The translations under genes were made by a program, and so were the position numbers. A stretch of DNA of 62,405 nucleotides from a virus: IMG/VR virus record IMGVR_UViG_3300049027_000037, positions 1-62,405 of that record, one strand, 5' to 3'. Shown here in pieces: positions 22,994-31,977 of the stretch (position 1 is the first letter of the stretch; each line of letters starts with the position of its first letter). The notes beneath the pieces were generated by a model. That model was given only the letters and a program-made list of their open reading frames with translations. It ran no database searches and was not told where the DNA came from.

Positions 22994-23749
22994 TTAAAAG
23001 GAACTGTTAGGGCACATCTCCCTAAAGCTGGCGTTCTCGTTTCCCATCTTAATATCATCGTACAATATCACTCGCCTGTCGGTAGCCGTTGTTCCAGTAC
23101 CGCTCCCGTTCCAAGCGGACTTATAAATACCGAGTTTCCAGTTCGGGTTAGAGTACTCGCCGCCGGTGGCGTACATGTTCTGGCCAGCTCGGTCAAGTAT
23201 TTGATTTCGATCCCTCCAAATTTCTATAAGGCCGTTAGCGTCTGATGCGTGCTTGATATGCATCGTATAGGGAACCCATTTATCCTTTGGAACGGGGTCA
23301 AGGTTTAACCAGATGTTACCCATAATACGCAGGTATAGCGTATCGTTACGTATTCGAAAGCACAATGCAGGTGTTGCGCTACCCCCTTGGTGCCACTGCA
23401 TTATCACATCATCGCTAGGGTCAGATGCCCAGTCCAGCCCAGGGAAGAACACTGCAAAGGAATACCAGCGATTTAAGTTAGCTGCGGCGGGGAATGTGAT
23501 TTCTGCTCTTGTTCCACTCTGCACTTCAGCGTCGGTTTCTCTCAGCTCAAACTTCGCGGACTGGCTACCGTTAAACTGCTGCCATTTGGTGGGCGTTATT
23601 CCATACGTCGTTGATGTTTGCTTGACAACATAATGAGTAAAGATCGTAGCGCTGTCGGCTGTTTCGTGATAGAGAATACGACCCCCAATCATGTTTTGAC
23701 TGAATGTTGTGAAAGGAATGAATAACAATAAAGTGAAAAATAAACGCAT
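22994..23749 (-). CDS. secreted polysaccharide-lyase-like protein, paralogue 2
   Basis: It shares the same motif set (SAKFELRETDAEVQSGTRAEITF, RWYSFAVFFP, IMQWHQGGS..PALCFR, WKLGIYKSAWNG) and adds the N-terminal signal peptide MRLFFTLLLFIPFTTFSQ. Confidence 0.45.
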   Translation of the reverse strand: MRLFFTLLLFIPFTTFSQNMIGGRILYHETADSATIFTHYVVKQTSTTYGITPTKWQQFNGSQSAKFELRETDAEVQSGTRAEITFPAAANLNRWYSFAVFFPGLDWASDPSDDVIMQWHQGGSATPALCFRIRNDTLYLRIMGNIWLNLDPVPKDKWVPYTMHIKHASDANGLIEIWRDRNQILDRAGQNMYATGGEYSNPNWKLGIYKSAWNGSGTGTTATDRRVILYDDIKMGNENASFREMCPNSSF

Positions 23750-23799
23750 GTTTTTGTTTTGCCCCCTGAGTGAAAAAATGGTTTTAATTTAGGAATTGG

Positions 23800-26700
23800 T
23801 TAATTTATTTTATACCAGCTAGTACCATCACTTTTAAGTAATGCACTCTGAAAGGATGCGGTAACATTATAATCAGTGCTCGACGCCGTGCCGTCCATGT
23901 AAATCAATGCCGTTCCTGATGTTGTGGTTATGTCTAAGGAAGAACCGCCATTTATCGTATTCCACTTTATCCAAATCTCCCGCCCCGTTGCAGCACTTGG
24001 ATCGGGTATAGTAATTACTCTAGCACCAGTAATGTTACTATGATATCTTATTGCTGATTCAGTAGATAAGACTGTATGATCTGCGTCGTTGACAACGGTC
24101 AGACCGCCTATCGTTGATGAAGTCGGTACTACATTGCCGTCACTTGTTACACCCAAGAAGTAAGCAACAGTGCCCGTATGTGTGCCATCCCCGTATCCAA
24201 CCGGTAACTGCATTTGCCCGGTGGACTTAATGGAAAATCTTTTTGCAAACGTTCCTGTATTATAGCTCCACAGCTCATAATTTGCAGAAGCAGAGCCACC
24301 GGTTGCGCTTGCCCAAATTGATTTATGTTGTACAGCGGTTATATTATTGCCTGCATCGTCTTCTAAATCCATGCTCCATGTATTCCCCATACCAGCCGCT
24401 GGCGTTGCGCTAGATTGGCGTATTGTTCTGACCGTTACAACCTCTGTGTTAGTACTCGAAGGATTTACAATGCCTCTGAAAAGCGTTCCGTTAGTAGATG
24501 TTGCGTTTACAGCGTGACCGCTATTTGACGAAAACGACCCGCCTGTACCAGTACCTGAGTTTGCTGTTGAAATAGCGTTACCGGTGCCGGTAGTTACCGC
24601 ACTAATGGCATCGCCGTTACCTGTATTGTTCACGTTAAACGCTGCCGCTATTGATTGCGTTCCTGTCATCGTGAGCGTGTTGCCAGCACCAGTGATGGTA
24701 GTAGCGGATGGAAGTGAACCGCTACCGCCATATACTCCGTTGCCGTCGCTACCGCCGCCATTAATTTTAGCATACTCGTACTCATTAGTTGCTCTATTCC
24801 ATACTAGAGCGCTATCTGAGTCAGCGGCTATATCATGTTGCGATACCGTGATCTTTCCTAATATCTGCAACTTAGCACCGCTGCCGTTATCGGTAATAGT
24901 TCCGACAGTAAACGATCCCGCTGTTGTTGTTGCTGCTATTGCCGTTCCTGCGTAGTTGGCTAATGTCAATCTTGATGCTCGTACCTCCAATGGCTGGGAT
25001 GCAGATCGTGCAGCATTCATCATGTACATATAATTGACCCCGGAAAAATTATAAAATTCTAACTGATGATCTGTATTTAATCTGAGTGTAAGCGCTTGGT
25101 TACCCTCTGTAGCCGTTATGCGAGCCTTACCAACGGCATCAAGTACGTAACCGGTTCCCGGTATTGTTTGAATACCGAGCGATGTGTTTAGTCGAGCATA
25201 ATTAAACGAAGTGGTTGACCTGTTTAGCAAAAATCCTGTAGCGCCTGGTTCAGTGCGTGAATCGGCGTATAACTTAATTGAAAAGCTATTTGCATCAGTT
25301 TCTATCTTCCAATCTTTCTGATTCGTTGTGCCATTAGTTTTGCTGAACCAGATAGCCGGCGTACCGGTGCTGGTTAGATTCAAAGGGAGTGAGCTATTGA
25401 CATATGTATTATCATCGCTAATATGCGAAATTCCAAGGCCTGTAGGGCCAACGAATTTAGGAAGGTAACCTGTAGCGCCAGCCGCCTGAATAGGCACAAG
25501 AGCGCCGTATAATTTATTGCTGCTTACAATCTTTTCAAAAACCTTTTGATGCCCAAATGTATTAGGATGAATATTGTCTGTATACAGAGTTCCTGCAATA
25601 TTCGTGGGGGTCCACACATCAATTATACTGTCAGCGCTAAACGTATTGTATAGGTATGTATACTGCCCAGAAAGATCAACGGATGTTTCGTAGATTGGCG
25701 TAAGGTGATATACAGGAATACCAGCATCATGCAGTGCCTTTACAATACGCTCGTAACTTTCGTGACTAGTTGCTTCACTAACAGAATATCGAATATCGTT
25801 AGAGGGAATTTGTAATAAAACTTGTTTAGGATTTAGGGCTAAAAGCTCGGGTATACGAGTTATTAATTCAGTAGTCGCATCACTACCGCCAGCCACATTA
25901 ACTACTGTCTTATATCTACCAGCCAAAAGACTGGCCCAGCTTTCGCCGAACGACCCCGCTGAGTACCCCGCCCCTTTCGAATCAGTCATAACTAACACGT
26001 TTGCATTCTTTATTTCAGCAGATTCTACAGCTAATGAATCAAACGAAAAATTACCGCCGAACGAAAAAACAGCAAACTGACCCGTGTTATGCATTACCGC
26101 GCCGGTTTGAAACTCATATATATACCTTGCCGTTATTGTCGCACTGTTAGTTGTAATGTTACGAGCAGCAACAATTAAATTATTATCATACTGTTCAACT
26201 GTAAGATTTATTTCGTCGCCAGCTGAAAAAGAGATACCTGTTGTAGATGTCGCCAATACTACCGAGTCAACGCCTGAATAGATCATCAATTTACCTCCCG
26301 TTGCCGTATTGCTTGCATCAAAGTGCCCAACCGCATTGTATCGTTGATCATTATTTGTACTTCGTATTCCAAGACCAAAGCCGTATGTAGTAGCGCCGGG
26401 TGTACTAAGTGCGCGAAAGTTTGCGCTCATCTTCCACTTTTGCAGATTCGTGGTGTCGTGGTTGCCTACATTTAAATTAAGGGCGTGCGAAAAATTGCCA
26501 ATTCCCCCGCTACCTTGTATTGAGTCGCCCGATAGTACCCAATTACTCGTCCCTACTTCAATGAAGTCATTCAGGTTCGCCCATGTGTCTTTGTTATAAA
26601 TTTGGCCTATAAACTTTTCTCCAACACTAACTACATGCTCCGCTCCGTCATTGTACAATAACGTATCGCGCCGTTGGGTTACAGTTGTAGCGCCCCCTGC

Positions 26701-27579
26701 GCCCGCTATCGCATCGGCAAGGTCGCTCGGTGTTACTAATTCACTCGTATCAGCCTGTACTGTTATCGAGTTCGCATTCGTTGTGCTGTCGCCGTTGAGG
26801 CCGTAGCCGAATACTAATGTCTTGATGCTGCCGTTCGGTGTCGTGACGAGACGAAGGCCGGAGCCGACGTTGTTGAGGGTGGAGACGCCAGGGATGCCTG
26901 TACTATCCTTAAATACAAATGTTTCTAAGCCGTTCCTATAAACGAAAACTGAATCGTTGCGCCTTGCCAACGTCTCCACATATCGGCCATCTAGATCAAC
27001 AAATAAGGAAGTTAATCCATGTCGCTGTGTTTCCAGTATGCCCGTAGCTGTATTGAATGTGTGAGATGTAGGAAAGTTATTATTGTCAATGAATGAAAAT
27101 GCTTCAACAGTATTAACCTTGGTAAATACCGAGTCGGCTCCATCGTGCTTGTAAACACTAACACTGTCAACGCTACCGAGCGCTGAAAGGTCAATATTGA
27201 AAGTGTCAAGGCCCGAAACAACTGTTAGGTAAGGTTGATCATAATAAGCAGTATCAATACCAGAACCATTGTCGCCAACCTGTAACCATTGGGAGCCGGT
27301 CCAGACGAGCAGGTGTGTCGAATCGGCCGGGTTATACTTCAAGCCGCCTGGCCGATACGGCACATGTGGAGAGGTAGAGCGCGGTACCATCAACACGCTG
27401 TCAAAGGCCATGCGTTTATATTTAAACCCGTAGCCGTTTATTTGCGAATACTTAGCGCTGTCGAGCTGGGCCGAAGCAGTGAATGTTATGAAAAGAGCCG
27501 CCACCATCATAAAGGCTGCCAGGTATTTATCCCGGAAAGCCTTTAATGGTTTTGGCTCTTGCGGAGCCTTATGTTTCAT
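23800..27579 (-). CDS. large tail fibre/tailspike-like protein with internal SGNH esterase domain
   Basis: 1259 aa. SGNH blocks VLVMTDSKG, GGSDAT, IPSNDI and DNIHPNTFGH fall at ~25555-26000. The flanks are Gly/Thr/Ser-rich and beta-rich. The N-terminus has a hydrophobic signal-like segment. Confidence 0.6.
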   Translation of the reverse strand: MKHKAPQEPKPLKAFRDKYLAAFMMVAALFITFTASAQLDSAKYSQINGYGFKYKRMAFDSVLMVPRSTSPHVPYRPGGLKYNPADSTHLLVWTGSQWLQVGDNGSGIDTAYYDQPYLTVVSGLDTFNIDLSALGSVDSVSVYKHDGADSVFTKVNTVEAFSFIDNNNFPTSHTFNTATGILETQRHGLTSLFVDLDGRYVETLARRNDSVFVYRNGLETFVFKDSTGIPGVSTLNNVGSGLRLVTTPNGSIKTLVFGYGLNGDSTTNANSITVQADTSELVTPSDLADAIAGAGGATTVTQRRDTLLYNDGAEHVVSVGEKFIGQIYNKDTWANLNDFIEVGTSNWVLSGDSIQGSGGIGNFSHALNLNVGNHDTTNLQKWKMSANFRALSTPGATTYGFGLGIRSTNNDQRYNAVGHFDASNTATGGKLMIYSGVDSVVLATSTTGISFSAGDEINLTVEQYDNNLIVAARNITTNSATITARYIYEFQTGAVMHNTGQFAVFSFGGNFSFDSLAVESAEIKNANVLVMTDSKGAGYSAGSFGESWASLLAGRYKTVVNVAGGSDATTELITRIPELLALNPKQVLLQIPSNDIRYSVSEATSHESYERIVKALHDAGIPVYHLTPIYETSVDLSGQYTYLYNTFSADSIIDVWTPTNIAGTLYTDNIHPNTFGHQKVFEKIVSSNKLYGALVPIQAAGATGYLPKFVGPTGLGISHISDDNTYVNSSLPLNLTSTGTPAIWFSKTNGTTNQKDWKIETDANSFSIKLYADSRTEPGATGFLLNRSTTSFNYARLNTSLGIQTIPGTGYVLDAVGKARITATEGNQALTLRLNTDHQLEFYNFSGVNYMYMMNAARSASQPLEVRASRLTLANYAGTAIAATTTAGSFTVGTITDNGSGAKLQILGKITVSQHDIAADSDSALVWNRATNEYEYAKINGGGSDGNGVYGGSGSLPSATTITGAGNTLTMTGTQSIAAAFNVNNTGNGDAISAVTTGTGNAISTANSGTGTGGSFSSNSGHAVNATSTNGTLFRGIVNPSSTNTEVVTVRTIRQSSATPAAGMGNTWSMDLEDDAGNNITAVQHKSIWASATGGSASANYELWSYNTGTFAKRFSIKSTGQMQLPVGYGDGTHTGTVAYFLGVTSDGNVVPTSSTIGGLTVVNDADHTVLSTESAIRYHSNITGARVITIPDPSAATGREIWIKWNTINGGSSLDITTTSGTALIYMDGTASSTDYNVTASFQSALLKSDGTSWYKIN

Positions 27580-27619
27580 GCAATAAAATTATATTATTTT
27601 TCACTTGTTTTTGAAAGTT

Positions 27620-29011
27620 TTAAAACCTCCGTAAATAAACCACACCGAAGTTTTTTACCCGGTTTTCGTATCCATTATTCAAAGTAATCTCTTCGTCAGG
27701 ATGGGGCTGAAGGGGATTGCCAGGGCCGAACCACCCCGGATTCTGACCACTTCCTAAATAACCATCCCCTTTATTTAATGCAAAGGAAATTGCACCAACC
27801 ATCCCGGCCTGAGTTCCACCCGGGTAGTCATGAGGTCTATTCGCAGCGTCACCGCTGTATGTATTGAAATTCGCTAATCCTCTTTCACTCCATCCCTGCG
27901 TGTTGGGCATTCTAAACTTTTTTAACGTTGAATGGAGAACAAAGAGTCCCGCAAAATCGACAGGGTGAGTATACCCGGGATCAATCACGGTGTCGTCTAC
28001 ATAAAAACTACCTGGTGCAAGTTTGTTCTTTAACCACCACCAGATGCGCGGCCACTCATCGCCATCATACAATCCCCCATCTTCAGGTTTACATGAAGGG
28101 TGATCCTTCCAGGTTGCCGAGGCGTGTTCGCCTACTTGCAATGTAAATGGATGGACTAACTCACCTTCCCAGAATGTCCCAGTTTTTGTAATACGCAAAT
28201 ACTCGCCCTTACCAACCCACATTTCAGGATAGTTCTCCCCGTTGTACTTTATCGTTTCGCTGCCACTAGGCAACACGCGTGTTTGATTTTGATTGCCTCC
28301 ATTATTTGTGAAATGATAAAAGGCGCCATCGGGAACGCTGCCGACTGGCTCAAGAGTCACAACGAGTACATTGCTGGCTGCTGACTCAGTGCGTATTCTT
28401 TTATTTCTATATGTAGTATTTAAAGTAGTGTTAGTGTCAATTAGAACTGTGCCGTTATACAGCCCGCCCCCAGATGATCCGCTACCGGATGAACCTGTGT
28501 AAGATATCTCAACAGAAACTACTTCGCCGAAACTGAACTGCTTACCACCAAGTAATTTTATACCGCCGCCAGCGACTACTTCCCATTCAGGTACTGCTTC
28601 TGTCTCAGGTTTCAAATACCTGAATCCTTCTTTGAATACCCCTGATATTGTTTTGCCATCCAGGTAAGGGTCAGTTAACGTATCCTGATCGGCGGGCGGG
28701 TCGTTCGGGCCGAGACCACCAACGGTGTAAAACCGGCGCTCAGAAAGAATGACATTATTTTTGAGGTCGTATTGAAACGACGACAATAATAAATCAAGCG
28801 ATACGCCGTCGCCGCTCTCGTAGAAATCCACGTAATAAATTACGGGATCTATATCACCAGCTGCCGGCAGAACAACATTCTGCGTTGTCGGATGCGGCGC
28901 ATCATAAACCTCCTGCGCCTCTATAACTAATGGTGTCGTAGTCTTACGCGCAATGACAATAAGATCATTAGTTATATTTACTGTCGCAATGCTTAATCTT
29001 ATCTGTGCCAT
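27620..29011 (-). CDS. tail fibre/baseplate protein with tail-collar-like motif
   Basis: 463 aa. FRMPNTQGWSERGL resembles the LPDLRGxFxRG phage tail-collar motif. Confidence 0.5.
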   Translation of the reverse strand: MAQIRLSIATVNITNDLIVIARKTTTPLVIEAQEVYDAPHPTTQNVVLPAAGDIDPVIYYVDFYESGDGVSLDLLLSSFQYDLKNNVILSERRFYTVGGLGPNDPPADQDTLTDPYLDGKTISGVFKEGFRYLKPETEAVPEWEVVAGGGIKLLGGKQFSFGEVVSVEISYTGSSGSGSSGGGLYNGTVLIDTNTTLNTTYRNKRIRTESAASNVLVVTLEPVGSVPDGAFYHFTNNGGNQNQTRVLPSGSETIKYNGENYPEMWVGKGEYLRITKTGTFWEGELVHPFTLQVGEHASATWKDHPSCKPEDGGLYDGDEWPRIWWWLKNKLAPGSFYVDDTVIDPGYTHPVDFAGLFVLHSTLKKFRMPNTQGWSERGLANFNTYSGDAANRPHDYPGGTQAGMVGAISFALNKGDGYLGSGQNPGWFGPGNPLQPHPDEEITLNNGYENRVKNFGVVYLRRF

Positions 29012-29012
29012 A

Positions 29013-29954
29013 TCATTCTGTACTTACGATTGGTATTAAATTACTTGCTGCATTTTCACTGAGATCCCCGTACACTGTACCAGGTATTTGATAAACCACG
29101 AACAGCTTCTTATTCGGATTAACATCAACGCCTACGATTTTGCTTGCGCGGTTAATGCCTTCTTGTATTTTCAATGCCCAATGCTTAAGAGGATATTGTT
29201 TATGTATTTCCCGATCCTCTAATTTGCCATCATCCAGCACGGCGAAGCTCTTCCCGTCTAGCAACACGTTATCACATGACCATATCCAGTTCATTCTTTT
29301 TACTACCCATGCGGGTATGCCTGACCGATGCCCGGCAACAACCGTGAAGCTGTCGAAAGGCCGCACCTTTAATGTGGAAGGATTTAGTTTTTGGTCACGG
29401 TATGATGTGCGTTCGCTGCCTGGCTCGTACTCTTCGATAACCGCCTCGCAACGGAACCCGAACACGATACCGGTTTCGAATATTACATCACCATGGTATT
29501 TTGAATTACTGTATTGATAGAGGATTGTGTTAGGCCACTTCTCTGCAACCTCGATGGGCTCACTGATCATGAACTTACTACCGAGGCCAAGGTTTAGTTT
29601 TAGCCAAATTGTACCCTCACTAAAGGCCGCTAGGCTAAGGGTGATCTCATATACGTAATAGCCCGGTAGATATTTATTAGCCCGTACTTGCGTAGCTGCC
29701 TGAGTTAATAACACCGTCTGCTCACAGTCGATCACCTGCATTTGAATAGATGCAAAGTTTGCCTCGAATTGTAGGTATATTGTGTCACTTGTTTGATACT
29801 GTTGTTTAAAGTCTACATCTGTTTCATATGGTTGCAGTTGCTCCTTAAACCAATAGTCATCAAAATGTTTAGTGTTGTATTGAGGCAACTCTACCGGGTC
29901 GAGTTCAACGAACCTTACCGGGTTCAAAAATGGTAAGTTTATTAAGTTAGCCAT
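29013..29954 (-). CDS. baseplate/tail tip protein (putative)
   Basis: 313 aa, lying between the post-tape-measure protein and the fibres. Call is by position only. Confidence 0.45.
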   Translation of the reverse strand: MANLINLPFLNPVRFVELDPVELPQYNTKHFDDYWFKEQLQPYETDVDFKQQYQTSDTIYLQFEANFASIQMQVIDCEQTVLLTQAATQVRANKYLPGYYVYEITLSLAAFSEGTIWLKLNLGLGSKFMISEPIEVAEKWPNTILYQYSNSKYHGDVIFETGIVFGFRCEAVIEEYEPGSERTSYRDQKLNPSTLKVRPFDSFTVVAGHRSGIPAWVVKRMNWIWSCDNVLLDGKSFAVLDDGKLEDREIHKQYPLKHWALKIQEGINRASKIVGVDVNPNKKLFVVYQIPGTVYGDLSENAASNLIPIVSTE

Positions 29955-31977
29955 CGATTGAAATTAATGGGGTGAAGTCTTGGGTTGGTGCGGCAAGTAA
30001 TTTGAACGTCTGAGCGCCATTGTCGCCAGGTTGTACTGATATTTTGTCCGGAATGCCGACGAATGAGAATCCCGCCCATGTACCCGCAAATGCCTTTAAA
30101 GGGTTTGCTCTTAATAATTCCAGCGTATCAATGGGGACTTTAGTTTCAAATTCCAGGTAGTTACAACTGAATAACGCAGGGCTTAGCGACGCGACTTGTA
30201 CATCCGCATTCTCTGTTATGCCACCAGCAACTACATCGTCGTTTTTATCAGCAGTTTGGAATGTCAGATACCGGCTTTCCAATTTGTAAAACAGGGACCG
30301 TATATAGTCACCATTGCGCCTGAGCGCACGCGCGGGCGTTAGGTAAAGATTGAATACAGTAGCAGGCGATAACAACCCTGCGGCACCAGCGTTCAATGAC
30401 CGGTCAAGGTGATACAGGCCGTCGCCTTGCGGTGCATCCTCAATATGAATCATGAACACATCATTGTCACTATCATTGTCGGTGGTAGTTTTGCCGTCAA
30501 GGTTTAACCGTGTGAACTCAATGCCGTAGCAATCTGCCCGGTATACGCTAACGAGGTTTAGCTCTTTCGCTACCCTGGTGATAGGCGCCGAATATTCAGA
30601 GGTTGTATTGAACTCCTGCTTACCATTTACATCGTCGTAGTCCTGATTGGGGGTGCCTACCTTAATGTTATTAATAAGCAAATCATTTGCAGGCGATACT
30701 TTCATTTTGCTTACTTCTCCAAGGTCTATAACGTCCGTATACTGAACCCAAAATGATTTTGGTTCAAGCCTTAATGTACTACCCAGCATACCCATGCCTA
30801 ATCCAAAATGGCTATTGAATGACGTGAAGAAATCTCGTAGACTGGTTTTAATAACGGCATCATCTATCCCACGTATAGCATCGCCGCACGTCACGACAAC
30901 ATCGTTAATTTGATTTGCCAGGTAGTCTGATTGAGCCGTATATGTGCCGCCTGATATTTTAGATATTAATTGCTGGAAAACGTAAAGAGGGCGAAGGGCT
31001 TTTATAATACTTCCCCTGTATATGCTTTGGAATAAAAGGCTAAATTCTGTTTCTAGGTAGTTAGCAATAAAAAATGGGTTGTTCTGTGTGGCGTTAACTA
31101 AAAAGAATTTTTCCCCCTCAAATGCGTCAAATAAGTAATCAAAATCGAAGGTATATGTCTGATCTTGAGTCACAAATTCGTCATCAATAATAGTTAGCAC
31201 ACGACCTGTGCTCGTTATTAATCTCAAGTAATAATGAGCGGCTGAGCCAGTACATTTGAATTTAATCTGGCCCTTTAATCTCATTCCGGCTATGTCTTGG
31301 GTAACCGCAAAAAGGTATTCGTCCGAAGTTGCAAAGTCTGGATACCCTAAGTGTCCAAAAACAGTAAATGATGCAACGCCACTTGCGTTGCCTTCCTTGT
31401 TTATGAATGATGCAAATAATAAATGGGCGAACGGTAAACCAACCTCTGGTATTATAAAGTTGTGCTTTTCACTAAGCTGCACACCATCCATGTACAAATC
31501 AATTGCGTCTATCACATTAACCGGTATCTCATACTTAGTATTCTCGTAAGCCTTGATGAACTTAACAATGCCACCCTCCATTATATTAACCGTCACCTTA
31601 ACGCCATCATGTTTGAAGTTCGCAAGGTCAATCTCCCCTCTATATAATAGCTTATAATAATACCCGTAATGAGTTGCATCGAAGTATAACTGCTGCTCGC
31701 AGATGGACATATAAACCTTAGCCTCTATGCCGTAGTTGTAGTAAATATATTTAAGTATTTGGCCACCATCTTTCACGTACTCTAACGGCACCGTGAAGCT
31801 GCGATCTACCGCGAAGTATGTCCCGTTGCGCTGGTTCTGAATCTGTATTTTCTTCCACCCGTCCGGCGTAAATTCCAAAGGTCTTAATGAGCTTGAAAGC
31901 AAAACCGTATCACCATATTGGTAATAGCTGTTGTTGTTTTCGTCGAATAAGAAATATATAAAGTCTTTTCCCTGCAT
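29947..31977 (-). CDS. distal tail / tail tip protein (putative)
   Basis: 676 aa immediately after the tape measure with an overlapping start/stop. Call is by position only. Confidence 0.5.
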   Translation of the reverse strand: MQGKDFIYFLFDENNNSYYQYGDTVLLSSSLRPLEFTPDGWKKIQIQNQRNGTYFAVDRSFTVPLEYVKDGGQILKYIYYNYGIEAKVYMSICEQQLYFDATHYGYYYKLLYRGEIDLANFKHDGVKVTVNIMEGGIVKFIKAYENTKYEIPVNVIDAIDLYMDGVQLSEKHNFIIPEVGLPFAHLLFASFINKEGNASGVASFTVFGHLGYPDFATSDEYLFAVTQDIAGMRLKGQIKFKCTGSAAHYYLRLITSTGRVLTIIDDEFVTQDQTYTFDFDYLFDAFEGEKFFLVNATQNNPFFIANYLETEFSLLFQSIYRGSIIKALRPLYVFQQLISKISGGTYTAQSDYLANQINDVVVTCGDAIRGIDDAVIKTSLRDFFTSFNSHFGLGMGMLGSTLRLEPKSFWVQYTDVIDLGEVSKMKVSPANDLLINNIKVGTPNQDYDDVNGKQEFNTTSEYSAPITRVAKELNLVSVYRADCYGIEFTRLNLDGKTTTDNDSDNDVFMIHIEDAPQGDGLYHLDRSLNAGAAGLLSPATVFNLYLTPARALRRNGDYIRSLFYKLESRYLTFQTADKNDDVVAGGITENADVQVASLSPALFSCNYLEFETKVPIDTLELLRANPLKAFAGTWAGFSFVGIPDKISVQPGDNGAQTFKLLAAPTQDFTPLISIDG

